This document shows, in pieces, positions 22,762 to 33,211 of a DNA stretch of 61,992 bases. Source of the DNA: Planctomycetota bacterium (lineage in GTDB: Bacteria; Planctomycetota; UBA1135). The notes under the pieces were generated by a model, which worked only from the letters and a program-made list of their open reading frames with translations, was not told the origin of the DNA and did not search any database. The number at the start of each line of letters is the position of its first letter. Positions within the stretch are counted from its first letter, which is position 1. The stretch covers positions 1 to 61,992 of the forward strand of contig JBMYYH010000003.1 of the NCBI GenBank assembly GCA_049609225.1, written 5' to 3'. Both the position numbers and the translations under genes were made by a program.

Positions 22762-24393
22762 ATGTCTGCTCTCGCTTTCACACTCCTTCTTCTTCCTGCG
22801 TCGGCGCAAGAGGTTCATGCCCTGCCAAGGGGTGGAACCCTGGAATTCCGAGCCTCCTTTACCGGAGGAGCCGAAGCAGACCAGTATGGAATGGCTCTCG
22901 ACGGCGGGCGAGATATCAACGGTGACGGCGTTCCCGATTTCCTCGTCGGAGACCCGACGGCACAAACCGGCGGAATGGTCGATGCTCGATCCGGTACCGA
23001 CGGTTCCTTGATCCATCGCTTCTACGGGACCACAGCGAATGAGCGTTTTGGGGAATCCCTTGCCATCATTGGAGATGTCGATGGCGACGGCCTGAACGAT
23101 ATCGTGATCGGGTCGCCAGGCTGGGGGAGTGGGCTGTATACGAATTCAGGTGCACTCACTCTCTTCTCCGGGCTGACTGGGCACCAAATCCGTTTCCATG
23201 GAGGGGCTCCCTACAGTTGGTTGGGAACCTGTGTTAGTTATGCAGGAGATTCTGACGGGGATGGTATTGAGGACTATGCAGCAGGCGCCCCAGGTGCTGG
23301 GCGCGACGGAGAGGCGATCATCTTCTCTGGGGCGAATGGGATTCGCCTGGCCACGGGATCCGATTGGGCAAGTTACTCAGGTTCCGCATCCGGGAGTTCC
23401 CTTGCCTTTGCCGGCGATTTTTACGGTACGGGAACGCCACATGTGGTGTATGGGTCTCCGTGGTATGAACCTTATGAAGGCGCGTTCGGTGGAGCTGTGA
23501 GTGCTTTGTCGGCGGATGGAGGTTGGAATATCGCGTCTTTGGGTTATGCGGCTCCACATATGGGTACCGCGGTAGACGGCATTCCCGATATCGATGGAGA
23601 TGGGCGGGACGACATCTTGGTTTCTATCCCCGGATATGACGAAATCCGTGCTTACGGTGCCAGCCCCTGGCCTACGATGATTTACAGAGCAAGGGGGTTG
23701 GGTATAGGTGATTCGGTCGTCACGGTTGGAGACTTGGATCTCGATGGGATTGCAGATTTCGTGGCGGAAGGTTACTACGATGATCATGGTCAAAGGAGGG
23801 TCGGAGGTGTCATGGCGTACTCCGGCGTTGACGGAAGTGACTTGTTCACCATGCGAGGTTTCAGTCGTAGGGGCATCGATGGTGCGCAGTCTCCCCTCGG
23901 TGACCTCGATGGGGATGGACATCCGGAGTTCTTGTTGTCGGCTCCCAATGAAGGTCTTCCTGGTCGGGTGAAGAATGGGCTGGTCTATGTCTACACGTAT
24001 TACCCTGGTCTCGCGTTGGATGTGCAGGAGGTTTCAGCTTCGGTTGGTGGTGCCGTCCAGCTGCAGGTCGACTTCCCCGACTCCATGGCTGGTCAGAGTT
24101 ACCAAGGCCTGATGGCGCGGGAACCCGGCAAGCCTTTGTTCGGTTATCACGTGCCCTTGCAGGACGACGCGTTACTCGCCGATTTCATCCAAGGCAGTCT
24201 CCCGCCTGCGATCTATGTCGGGCTTCAAGGCACCTTGGATGCCCTAGGGGATGCGACCATCTCCATCACGGTGCCGGCAGGTGTCTACGATCAGCATGTC
24301 GGCAAGGACTTCTGGTTTTCGGTCGTCGCCTTGCCAAGCGGGAATCAGCCCGCTCGGAGCACTGTGGCGCGGAGTATTCAGCTGATCCCATAA
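22762..24393 (+). CDS. Secreted FG-GAP (integrin-alpha-like) beta-propeller protein
   Basis: Signal peptide ending ASA; repeated GD(V/L)DGDGxxD...GAP/GSP motifs. Confidence 0.9.
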   Translation: MSALAFTLLLLPASAQEVHALPRGGTLEFRASFTGGAEADQYGMALDGGRDINGDGVPDFLVGDPTAQTGGMVDARSGTDGSLIHRFYGTTANERFGESLAIIGDVDGDGLNDIVIGSPGWGSGLYTNSGALTLFSGLTGHQIRFHGGAPYSWLGTCVSYAGDSDGDGIEDYAAGAPGAGRDGEAIIFSGANGIRLATGSDWASYSGSASGSSLAFAGDFYGTGTPHVVYGSPWYEPYEGAFGGAVSALSADGGWNIASLGYAAPHMGTAVDGIPDIDGDGRDDILVSIPGYDEIRAYGASPWPTMIYRARGLGIGDSVVTVGDLDLDGIADFVAEGYYDDHGQRRVGGVMAYSGVDGSDLFTMRGFSRRGIDGAQSPLGDLDGDGHPEFLLSAPNEGLPGRVKNGLVYVYTYYPGLALDVQEVSASVGGAVQLQVDFPDSMAGQSYQGLMAREPGKPLFGYHVPLQDDALLADFIQGSLPPAIYVGLQGTLDALGDATISITVPAGVYDQHVGKDFWFSVVALPSGNQPARSTVARSIQLIP

Positions 24394-24447
24394 AGGGATG
24401 GGTCTGATTCCACCGCGACTTGCTAGGTTGGAGGAGGTGACACTCTC

Positions 24448-26058
24448 ATGTTCTCCTTCCTAGCTATCAGTCTCAGTTTGTTTCCGTTCCTCGCTGCACA
24501 GCAGTCAGGGGAACTCCTACCGAATCCTGGTTTCAAGGATGGGGGCAAAGATTGCGTCTTGAAGGGCGCAGAACTTTCGGAATACAAGGGTCCGAAGAAA
24601 GGCATGCAGACGGTGGCTTTGCATGGCGCCCCGGGTGCCGGTCAATGGACCAATGTGGGATTCCGGATCGCGGATCCGCCAACCGGTCGCAAGTTGAAGT
24701 TCCGGGTGGATCTGTTGGCCGAACATCGCGGCCACACTCTGACCATCAACACCTTCGCTTATGCCGATGGCCGCGAGAAGCTGAAGCAGTGGAGCGAGAA
24801 GTTCGACCTGAAGAAGGGCAAATGGGAAGAGGCCGAACAGACCTATGTCTTGCCGGATGGGGTGAAGCAACTTGAGATTTGGGTCATCAATCAGGAGACC
24901 CGAAGCGTCTTCGTGGCTGGCCCTTCCTTGATTGGCGGTGATCCAGCGCCAGAGCGCTTGAAGAACTTGACCAAGGCCGGGGTGCTTTTGGCAAGTGCCA
25001 ATGTGTCGGTGCGGCAGGGTGAGAAGCAGGAAGCTGGAGTCGTAACCTTCCCGATTCCACTTATCAATGAACATCAGGTCCCATTGACCTTCGATCTACT
25101 CGTCGAACCACCGGATGCCTTAGTGGGCTATCGTTGGGTGCAGCGCGAGGATGGTCTCAATTGGCTTTGTGAGGCTGAGATCCATCCGCCGAAGGAAGGC
25201 GCGCAGGTGCGTTGGGAATCGATGGTGGTGGTGCTTCCACGCAAAGACAAGCGCCTGCCTGCAGCTTCCAAAGAGCCGGCGCCGGAAGAGACGGCGGTTT
25301 GGTTGCAGTCGACCGCGTGTATCCAGAGTGCCGACGAAGACATCGTGGCCAAGGCGCAAGAGCTCGGTGCGGGGAAAAAGAGCACCGGTAAGTTCGTCGA
25401 GAATGTGTTGGCCTTCACTTCAAGCCATCAAGGGGACCCTGGCGCGGAGTTCAAGACCCTGGATGCGCGCGCAGCCTTGGATTGCGGCGGTTCCTGTACC
25501 AGCCGCGCGAACTTAGCCGCGGCATTGTTCCGAGCCGGCGGTATTCCTGCACGCACTTCGGCGCATCTGCCGACTTGGTCCGGCCCGTTGTATGAACATT
25601 GGCATGTGGAATACTGGCATCCTGGTGCCGGTTGGACTTGGGTCGAGCCAACCCTAGGAAAGCTACGTCCCCAGCCGATTTCGATGGTGGTCTTGAATGT
25701 GGCCAACCCCGGCGACGAGGATCAGGGTTTCGATCCGATCATCTCCCACAGCGGCGTGATGATCGGTGTGCCACGTTTTTCCGTGCATGAGCTCAGTGAA
25801 TCGATCGCCTATCGTCCGTTGCCGGGCATCGGCTTCGAGAAGAACTGGGCCAAGCCTTTGGCGCATCTGGATGGCTCCAAATCCTCCATAAAGAAGTTGG
25901 AGAACCTGGCGCGGGAATCCTGGGAGGTGTTGAAGGCCGAGAACCTCGTGGGCGAAGCCAATCGCAAACGTCGGGAAGAGCTTGAAGCCTGTTTTGAAGA
26001 TGCACTCATCCTCAAGAAGAAGGTGACATCCTCCCTGACCAAGGCACTCAAGCCTTAA
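24448..26058 (+). CDS. Secreted transglutaminase-like protein with an N-terminal carbohydrate-binding-like domain
   Basis: GSCTSRA...RAGGIPAR, HWHVEYWHPGAGWTWVEPT (Cys-His-acid triad); LLPNPGF at the start of the N-terminal domain; strong SD GGAGGAGG. Confidence 0.8.
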   Translation: MFSFLAISLSLFPFLAAQQSGELLPNPGFKDGGKDCVLKGAELSEYKGPKKGMQTVALHGAPGAGQWTNVGFRIADPPTGRKLKFRVDLLAEHRGHTLTINTFAYADGREKLKQWSEKFDLKKGKWEEAEQTYVLPDGVKQLEIWVINQETRSVFVAGPSLIGGDPAPERLKNLTKAGVLLASANVSVRQGEKQEAGVVTFPIPLINEHQVPLTFDLLVEPPDALVGYRWVQREDGLNWLCEAEIHPPKEGAQVRWESMVVVLPRKDKRLPAASKEPAPEETAVWLQSTACIQSADEDIVAKAQELGAGKKSTGKFVENVLAFTSSHQGDPGAEFKTLDARAALDCGGSCTSRANLAAALFRAGGIPARTSAHLPTWSGPLYEHWHVEYWHPGAGWTWVEPTLGKLRPQPISMVVLNVANPGDEDQGFDPIISHSGVMIGVPRFSVHELSESIAYRPLPGIGFEKNWAKPLAHLDGSKSSIKKLENLARESWEVLKAENLVGEANRKRREELEACFEDALILKKKVTSSLTKALKP

Positions 26059-27130
26059 GCGCGAAGGCAACCTCAGCCTTGGCCACACCATTCACCAGGA
26101 TGGTGAGCTGATGGCCTCCCGCATAGTGCTTGCGCGTACTGCGGTCGACGAAGGAATGACGTCGGGTGATGGAGCGGTTGGATTCGGAAGAATCGGATTC
26201 GCCGATCTGGAAGACCTTGCGGGCACCGCGGCCATGAGGGCGGGCGAAGTCGATGCGATACTCGACGCGGACCTTGCCGAGTGTGCCGGATGTCTGCAGT
26301 TGGAAATGGAATTGCAGTTCCCCACCTAAGGGGATTTCGGTCGCGTCGAGACGAAGATCGGTGAGCGCGATGTCGGACGGATCGCGGAAGCCGAACAAAC
26401 GCATCGCTCCGGGATTGCCTTCGCGCAAGAGGGTGCGGCAGGCATGTTTGACGACACGGTCCACGTCCTTGGATTCACCTTGCCAGCGTGTCGCCGTCTG
26501 CAGCGTGACATCGGGATGATCCTTGGCGATGTCATTGAGGTTGTTGGCCACGCTGCGTCGGACATACTCGGATGGGTCGGCATGCAGGGCTTCAAGGATC
26601 GGAAGCAGGGGAGTGGGGTCTTTTTGAAATGCCGGGAGGTTCATGGCCCACGGTAAACGTGGGCGGCAACCTTCACTGGCAAGGCGTCGGACATGTTCGT
26701 TGGGGTCGGAAGCCCACTCCAACATCGTGGCGATCATGCGCGATGCATCTGCCTTCACGAAAGGGCGCACTGCGAACTCGGAGGAACCGAAGCGGGTGAG
26801 GTGATGCAATGCATCCACCGATGGTTGCCAGTGCTCCATGCCGTAACGTTCGACAAAGTCCGGAAAGAACATGGAGAGGTAGCCGTCGAAAGAAGCAGCG
26901 GCTTCGCGGAGAATCGGCAGCGCTTCGAGGTAATCCTCAGGAAGTACCGCACGCATCGATTCGGTGATGCGCGCCATCCGACCTTTGAGTTCCAAGTCTT
27001 CCCAGCCGTCGGCAAAGGCGGCAGCAAGAAAAGCCGGTCGATCGATGCCCTGTGGTGCACAGCGATCGAGGGCATAGCAAAGGTTTTCGAGGTAAGCCCG
27101 GTCGTATTGATTCTTCAGAGGTTCGGCCAT
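26048..27130 (-). CDS. DNA alkylation repair protein (AlkC-like HEAT-repeat glycosylase with an Ig-like C-terminus)
   Basis: SSEFAVRPF, HVRRLASEGCRPRLPW, YVRRSVANNLNDIAKDHP, STRKHYAG. Confidence 0.85.
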   Translation of the reverse strand: MAEPLKNQYDRAYLENLCYALDRCAPQGIDRPAFLAAAFADGWEDLELKGRMARITESMRAVLPEDYLEALPILREAAASFDGYLSMFFPDFVERYGMEHWQPSVDALHHLTRFGSSEFAVRPFVKADASRMIATMLEWASDPNEHVRRLASEGCRPRLPWAMNLPAFQKDPTPLLPILEALHADPSEYVRRSVANNLNDIAKDHPDVTLQTATRWQGESKDVDRVVKHACRTLLREGNPGAMRLFGFRDPSDIALTDLRLDATEIPLGGELQFHFQLQTSGTLGKVRVEYRIDFARPHGRGARKVFQIGESDSSESNRSITRRHSFVDRSTRKHYAGGHQLTILVNGVAKAEVAFALKA

Positions 27131-27184
27131 CAGGTGGTGAGGTTATCGCAGCAAGTCCACCACGCCTACCGCTATCCTGGAGGC

Positions 27185-27976
27185 ATGGCCAAGTTGCTTG
27201 TGGTGCATTGGAGACCCGCCGAAGCGGAGGACGGCATCGCCCTTCTGCAGAAAGCCGGGCATGCGGTCGAGGTCTACTCTGAAGAAGGTGGGACCGGACT
27301 CGGCCGTTTCAAGGAGGAACTTCTGGATGCGGTGGTCATCAGCCTGGAACGATTGCCGTCGCATGGGCGCACGATGGGGCATTGGTTCCGCACCACCAAG
27401 GCCACCGCACATGTGCCGCTCGTTTTCGTCGGTGGGGCCGATGACAAGGTGGAAGTGGCCCGCGCCATGTTTGCCGACGCCATCTTCACCCCGTGGAGTA
27501 AGGTGCGAGGGTCCGTGAAGGATGCGATGCGAACTCCGCAGACCGCAATGCCCAATTCGGAATGCAGTACCAAAGAGGTGTGGCAGAAGCTGGAAGTGAA
27601 AGCCGGTGACCGCATCCTTCAACTCAACGGGCCGACGCGCCTGAAGCCGATCCTCGGTGCCTCCCTGCCCACAGACGTGAAACTTAGCCGCCGTGTCGGA
27701 GCCTCGGCGAAGGCACCCAAACAAGTGGACCTGGTCCTCCTGTTCGCGGAACGCCTGCAAGACATCAAGCATGGTTTCCCTATCGCGACGGCTGCCACCG
27801 CCGAACGCCGACCCCTGTGGATCTGCTGGCCCAAGAAGACTTCCAGTATCCAATCCGACGTCACCCAGGCCGCTGTCATGGCGTTCGCACGGGGGAGCGG
27901 TTGGACCGACACTAAGATTTGTCGCATCGATGAAGACTGGTCGGCACATATGTTCCGACGCAAACGAAACACGTGA
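27185..27976 (+). CDS. Receiver-like domain fused to a DUF3052-like domain
   Basis: GGAGG followed by ATG 27185; N-terminal KLLVVH...DAVVISL...VPLVFV; C-terminal KLEVK...LWICWPKK...DTKICRIDEDWSA. Confidence 0.7.
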   Translation: MAKLLVVHWRPAEAEDGIALLQKAGHAVEVYSEEGGTGLGRFKEELLDAVVISLERLPSHGRTMGHWFRTTKATAHVPLVFVGGADDKVEVARAMFADAIFTPWSKVRGSVKDAMRTPQTAMPNSECSTKEVWQKLEVKAGDRILQLNGPTRLKPILGASLPTDVKLSRRVGASAKAPKQVDLVLLFAERLQDIKHGFPIATAATAERRPLWICWPKKTSSIQSDVTQAAVMAFARGSGWTDTKICRIDEDWSAHMFRRKRNT

Positions 27977-28019
27977 AGCCCGCCCCCCTACAGGCCGGAC
28001 TTCACGCGATGGCAAGCAC

Positions 28020-29039
28020 CTAGAAGCTAGCCCGATAAATCCAGCCGTCGCCCGTTCCGTAGACGAAGCTGCGAGCACCTTCGATCATCTCAAAGGCTGC
28101 GACCTTGATGCCGGTGCCGAGATCCAGGGTGGTGATCTCGTTCGGTCCAAGAGCTTCCGAGACACGCATCGTGCCGCTGTAGTCCGAACTCAGCAACATG
28201 GTGTTGTTGTTCACGAACTGCAGACCGGTGATGGCTTCGGCGTGGTTGGTATGGGTGGTGATGAAAGCACCCGTGGTGTAATTGAAGACCTGGATGCTGT
28301 TGTCCTGCAGAGCATCTCCGCCACCACTGACGATGTGGAGGTTGTCGGGGTGGAAGACCAGTGCCGAGATTTCCGCAAGATGCGCGCCGATATTGCGCAC
28401 GAGCAGGCCTGTGGTGGCATCCCAAACCTGGATGCTGCCATCAAAGCCGCCGGTCGCGAAGTGCAACCCATCATGGCTGTAGGCGATGCTGCGAATCGGG
28501 GAGCCATGGTCTACCTCTAGAAGAAGCGCACCCGTGGCGGCATCCACCAAATCCGCCTTGCCTTCCATCGAGCTGGTCAGGATCTTTTGGGAATCCGGGG
28601 ACCAGGCCAAGCCAGTGACAAGATCGTCGTGGTCATTGGTCGTGAGGTTCGGAGCGGTGCTGCCGGGGCCGAAGGTTTCAGAACCGCCGAAGATGGCGAA
28701 AGTCCAACCCTGAATGCTCCAAGTCGCGCCAATGCTGGTGCCATTTGGCGCAAATTGAGTAGCGGCCATGCCCATATTGGCACTGCCACTTAGGGTCGTG
28801 ATGAGGCGGCCATCGGAGATCGCGCGGATCTTGATGTAGCGCGAGAACTCCGCACCATAGGCGACGAAATTACCGTTCGGCGAAACCGAAACGGTGTGAA
28901 TGGATCCGACCAGATCGGAATCCTGAAAGTTCCAATCGTTGCGCGGCGAGATCTGCGCGCTGGCGCTGGAGGCAAAGGTGACGACCCCAAGCACGACCGC
29001 AGTCGCGAGCTTGAGGAATGGAGGCTGTGTTCGATTCAT
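28020..29039 (-). CDS. Secreted WD40-repeat protein
   Basis: Signal peptide; YSHDGLHFATGGFDGSIQVWD and similar repeats. Confidence 0.9.
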   Translation of the reverse strand: MNRTQPPFLKLATAVVLGVVTFASSASAQISPRNDWNFQDSDLVGSIHTVSVSPNGNFVAYGAEFSRYIKIRAISDGRLITTLSGSANMGMAATQFAPNGTSIGATWSIQGWTFAIFGGSETFGPGSTAPNLTTNDHDDLVTGLAWSPDSQKILTSSMEGKADLVDAATGALLLEVDHGSPIRSIAYSHDGLHFATGGFDGSIQVWDATTGLLVRNIGAHLAEISALVFHPDNLHIVSGGGDALQDNSIQVFNYTTGAFITTHTNHAEAITGLQFVNNNTMLLSSDYSGTMRVSEALGPNEITTLDLGTGIKVAAFEMIEGARSFVYGTGDGWIYRASF

Positions 29040-29081
29040 GGAGCGTGTCTAGTACGTGACGCGGGGATGTGTTTCCTTTTT

Positions 29082-30101
29082 TTATCGACGGGCGACCGTG
29101 ATCCAGCCGCTGCCGGTGCCGTAGGCATAACGCCCCGTGGCTGCATCGACATCCAAGCTGGTGACGCGCGGACCACGGCCGAGATCAATGGTGCTGATCT
29201 CGAGAGGGCCGAAGGATTGGGAGATGCGCAAGGTCCCGCTGTAATCGGAACTCATGAGCAGGCTTCCGTTTGCGACGAAAGCGAGCCCAGTGACCTCTTC
29301 ATATTGAATGGTGTGACTGGTGATAAGGGAACCGCTGTAACTGTCATGGACATGGATGGCGGTATCCACTCCCGGGTCTCCACCGCCGGTCGCGAGGTGT
29401 TGGTTGTCGGAGTGAAACTCCATCTCCGAAACAATCGAGAGATGGGCGACGATGGTGCGCTTCAAGGCTCCGGTACTCGCGTCCCAAATCTTCACGTCGC
29501 CGTTAACTCCGCCGGTGGCGAAGTGCGTGCCATCGGGAGTCCAGGCGATGGAGCTCACGCCACTGCCATGATCCACCGTGCGCAGGATTGCACCGGTTGC
29601 AGGATTGGCAAGGGAGGCTTCCCCATCGGCAGCAGCCGTCAAGATGGAAGCGCCGGTGGGAGACCAAGCGATGCAGGTAACGAACGCATCGTGTGCCGTG
29701 GATGTCATGGCGGGGGCAGTATGCCCAGCGCGAAAACGCTCAGAACCGCCGAAAACCGCACCGGACCATCCAAGCAGATTCCAACTGCTCACGATTTCAC
29801 TGGTGACTGGGCTGAACTCCACGCCGGTTACGCCCATATTGGTTCCCACTTGCAGGTTCGTAACTAAGGCACCATCCGACATACGTCGGATCTTGATTTC
29901 ACTCGCAAACTCTGAACCATAAGCGACATAGCGTCCGTCGGGCGAGATATCCAAAGCCCGCACACCGCCGACCAAGCCGGGATCCATGGTGGTCCAATCG
30001 ACTTGTACCTGGGCTTGTGCGAAGAGCGTCGAACCAAGGCTTGTTGCGGCTATGCAAACCCCGCTAAGGAGGATGCGTTTCAGGTGCTGGGGACGTTCCA
30101 T
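29082..30101 (-). CDS. Secreted WD40-repeat protein, paralog of 28020..29039
   Basis: Signal peptide; WTPDGTHFATGGVNGDVKIWD; colinear with its neighbour. Confidence 0.9.
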   Translation of the reverse strand: MERPQHLKRILLSGVCIAATSLGSTLFAQAQVQVDWTTMDPGLVGGVRALDISPDGRYVAYGSEFASEIKIRRMSDGALVTNLQVGTNMGVTGVEFSPVTSEIVSSWNLLGWSGAVFGGSERFRAGHTAPAMTSTAHDAFVTCIAWSPTGASILTAAADGEASLANPATGAILRTVDHGSGVSSIAWTPDGTHFATGGVNGDVKIWDASTGALKRTIVAHLSIVSEMEFHSDNQHLATGGGDPGVDTAIHVHDSYSGSLITSHTIQYEEVTGLAFVANGSLLMSSDYSGTLRISQSFGPLEISTIDLGRGPRVTSLDVDAATGRYAYGTGSGWITVARR

Positions 30102-30141
30102 GCACGCCTCTACGCAAGTGCTATGCCGCGGTTAGCGCTTC

Positions 30142-31554
30142 CTAGAAACGAACCGTGATGCGTGCGCCTTCGCTCGTATTGGAGGCTTCCAACTCGGCGT
30201 TATGTGCACGTGCAATTTCCGCAACCAAGGCCAAACCCAGCCCAGCACCTTTCGCTTCCGGCTGCACGGAGTCGGCGCGATAGAAACGTTCGAAGACATG
30301 CGGCAAGGCGTCTTCTGGAAACCCTGGTCCATGGTCTTCCACAGTAAGAAGGATGCGTGCACCATCTTCCACCTTGATCGTCACGACGGTGCCCGCTTCG
30401 GAATAACGCAATGCATTGCTCAGCAGGTTGTCGACCAAGACGCGCAAGAGGGTGTCATCGCCATGAACAAACAGGGGCGCCTGCGCTTGGATCCGGAACC
30501 GCTCCACGCCACGGGGCATGTTGGATGCGGAATCCGTCACGATGGCGGCGAGGTCGACGGGTTGGAAGCGGGCACGCACGGTGCCGGCGTCGAGGCGAGC
30601 AAGGAGGAGCAAGGCTTCCATCACTTCGCCCATGCGTTTCGAGGTGTCGAGGACGTCACCGAATAGTTCGCGGTATTCCTCCGGACGTCGGTCGCGGTGC
30701 AGGGCGACCTCGGCGGCGTTGCGGATGACGGTAATCGGGTTGCGCAGTTCATGCGCGGCGTCGGAAGTGAAACGGGTTTGCTTCTGCAACGCATCTTCCA
30801 ACCGTTGGAAGGCGACAGACAAGTGTTCACTTAAGGCATCGACCTCATCATCGGCCCCACGATGTGGGATCGAGACACTGCGGCCGGCGCGGATCTCGTC
30901 GGCGGCATGGCCGAGGGCCTGAAGAGGTTGGACCACGCGCCGCGACAACAAGGTGGCGAAGCCGAGGATGAGCAGGATGCTGATGCCGATGGCGCCGGCG
31001 ACCGACCAGGCTAGGTCGGCGATTTCAGCATCCACTTCCGTCATGTCCTGCGCCACGCGTGCGAGTACGAGAAAGGCAGGCTTGGCTGGATCACCATCTT
31101 CCGCTGGGACGGGTGGCGTCTGCGCGATGACCGTGCAAAGGCGAAGGTGGCCTTCCTCGGTGTGCAGGTCCTCCCAGAAGTGGAGTGGGCCGGCGTCGAA
31201 ATCATGGCCGGCATGCACGGCTTCTTCTGGTAGAGGAGCTTCGATGGGGAGTCCTGTCTCATGCAATGCCGTCGCACTGGGCCAGGCATAGATTTGCTGA
31301 CGCACTTGCGGCAGGCTTGCACTGAGTTGTTGCGCAAGCTCCTCTGGAATCTCGAACTCCGGCGCCCACAGCTCTTCATCCCAATCCACCAATACCAACA
31401 ACCCGGCCGCAGCGGTTTCCAGTTTGGAATCAAGACCTTCCTCCAAGGCGGCGGCGAGATTCCAATAGAGGGTGGCGGAGAACACCACCAACAGGACGGT
31501 CGTGAGTCCGACGAACCAAGCCGTCAGGCTCGCGCGGATCGAAAGCGGTTTCAT
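30142..31554 (-). CDS. Sensor histidine kinase (two TM helices, HAMP, HisKA, HATPase)
   Basis: DAAHELRNP, NLLSNALRY, DHGPG, FERFYR, GAGLGLA. Confidence 0.95.
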   Translation of the reverse strand: MKPLSIRASLTAWFVGLTTVLLVVFSATLYWNLAAALEEGLDSKLETAAAGLLVLVDWDEELWAPEFEIPEELAQQLSASLPQVRQQIYAWPSATALHETGLPIEAPLPEEAVHAGHDFDAGPLHFWEDLHTEEGHLRLCTVIAQTPPVPAEDGDPAKPAFLVLARVAQDMTEVDAEIADLAWSVAGAIGISILLILGFATLLSRRVVQPLQALGHAADEIRAGRSVSIPHRGADDEVDALSEHLSVAFQRLEDALQKQTRFTSDAAHELRNPITVIRNAAEVALHRDRRPEEYRELFGDVLDTSKRMGEVMEALLLLARLDAGTVRARFQPVDLAAIVTDSASNMPRGVERFRIQAQAPLFVHGDDTLLRVLVDNLLSNALRYSEAGTVVTIKVEDGARILLTVEDHGPGFPEDALPHVFERFYRADSVQPEAKGAGLGLALVAEIARAHNAELEASNTSEGARITVRF

Positions 31555-32231
31555 GTGGCGTCTGCCGCCAGGTAATAACCGGCACCACGCCGGGTGTGCA
31601 GGAGAGCTGGGGTGCGATGACGATCGATCTTGCGCCGGAGGTTCGAAACCAATACTTCAAGCACATTGGATTCCGGTCCAAGTTCGTCTTGCCAAACCGC
31701 AGCGGAAATCCGCGCCTTGCTTTGGATGGAACCAGCATGACGCAGCAGGAATTCCAACACCCGAAACTCCAACACGCTCAAGGGGATCTCCTTTTCATCT
31801 CGCCATACCCGATGCGCAGCGACATCCATGCGCAAGTCCGCGATCTCAAGGCATTCACTGCGGTGCATGGAATCGCGCCGAAGCATGGCGCGTAGGCGCG
31901 CGAGCAGTTCTCCGAAATCGAAAGGCTTGGCAAGGTAGTCATCCGCCCCGACATCCAACCCCGCGACGATGTCATCTTGGGTATCGCATGCCGTCAGCAT
32001 GAGGATAGGCACCTTGGAGCCTTGCGCGCGGAGTCGTTTACAGACTTCCCAACCATCGATCTTCGGGATGCGCAGGTCGAGGATGATCAAATCATGATTG
32101 CCGGAAGTCGCCTGCCAAAGGGCTTCCTCGCCATCACTCGCATGGTCGACGACATAGTGCTCCTCACGCAATCCCATCACCAGGGAACGCGCCAGACCTT
32201 GTTCATCTTCGACGAGGAGGAGCCGAGTCAT
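31551..32231 (-). CDS. OmpR-family response regulator
   Basis: LLVEDE, DLIILD, GADDYLAKPF, winged-helix HTRRGAGY. Confidence 0.95.
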   Translation of the reverse strand: MTRLLLVEDEQGLARSLVMGLREEHYVVDHASDGEEALWQATSGNHDLIILDLRIPKIDGWEVCKRLRAQGSKVPILMLTACDTQDDIVAGLDVGADDYLAKPFDFGELLARLRAMLRRDSMHRSECLEIADLRMDVAAHRVWRDEKEIPLSVLEFRVLEFLLRHAGSIQSKARISAAVWQDELGPESNVLEVLVSNLRRKIDRHRTPALLHTRRGAGYYLAADAT

Positions 32232-32243
32232 CGTATGCCTGTT

Positions 32244-33191
32244 CTAGCGTACCTCAAGAAGCTCGAGTCGTTCGCCGTCGGTCAGGTCGATCTCCAAGAC
32301 CATGCCATAACCCGGTGCGTAATACTTCGCGACGACATCCTGTGGATCCAACGGCGTGTATTCCACGATCTCCACGCAATCCGTGAAGGTGCCTGCCGGG
32401 ACCGTCACCGTATTGCCGATCGACAGTACCTGCGCGAGATCCTCAGAAATCCCCAGTGCATATTCTTGGCGATAGGTATGGCCGACTTGGGGTACTGCCG
32501 TCATCAGCTTCCCGGGCCGCGCGCCTTTATGCCCCGAACGCCAAGAGCCATCGAGGTTCTCGAGGAAACCATCCAAGTAGTGAAGCACACTCTCCCCGAA
32601 GTACCAGACGGCGCCATGCTGATGCTGCGCGAACCAGTTGTAGGTGTCTTCCGTCAAGACGCCATCCAAGGTTTCATACTCCCGAACCACACGACAAGTC
32701 ACACCTTCCACCTCCAAGGTGCGCTGCAAGGTCGTGATCTCGACGCGCTCCACGCCTTCGCTCGAGTCACGTTCATAAACCATGGTGCGCCCCGGCACCA
32801 AGGGGAAGTAGGGGTTGGTGACGCTACTCTCGTAATCGTCCGCAAGAATGATGGGATCCCAAGTGGCCGCTTCCAAGAGCACGAAGGCATCCATCCGTGC
32901 GGTGAATTGTTCCTCGGCTAAGGCCAAGGCTTCTTCACGATGTAACCAAGCATTGTTGCTGCGCAATGCAGCCTGCGTCTGTTGGCGATTGCCGGAAGTC
33001 GCAAGCTTCAGGTGAAAGTCGGCGTGCGCCTGATGCCGTGCAGCTTCCCGCAGGTTCTTGGCGATGGCAGTCGCCTTGTCGCCTGGTTGGAACCAATCCA
33101 TGGTCCAAGCGCGCGTGTGAGGGTTGGCGAGCAGGATACCGGTCAGGCAGCCGACGGCCATGAGGGTCAATGGAGTGCGGCGTAACATCAT
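32244..33191 (-). CDS. Exported hypothetical protein, first gene of the two-component operon
   Basis: Hydrophobic N-terminus; TNPYFPL, WFAQ...VWYFGE, VTVPAGTF, KYYAPGYG. Confidence 0.8.
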   Translation of the reverse strand: MMLRRTPLTLMAVGCLTGILLANPHTRAWTMDWFQPGDKATAIAKNLREAARHQAHADFHLKLATSGNRQQTQAALRSNNAWLHREEALALAEEQFTARMDAFVLLEAATWDPIILADDYESSVTNPYFPLVPGRTMVYERDSSEGVERVEITTLQRTLEVEGVTCRVVREYETLDGVLTEDTYNWFAQHQHGAVWYFGESVLHYLDGFLENLDGSWRSGHKGARPGKLMTAVPQVGHTYRQEYALGISEDLAQVLSIGNTVTVPAGTFTDCVEIVEYTPLDPQDVVAKYYAPGYGMVLEIDLTDGERLELLEVR

Positions 33192-33211
33192 TTCGATGCT
33201 AGCAAGGGAGT

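Noticed and set aside
26693-27184. N-terminal extension of the 427-aa ORF (likewise the extensions at 55311-55550, 17078-17140 and 2633-2647)
   Set aside because: They overlap other genes or lie upstream of better starts supported by an SD, a signal peptide or translational coupling
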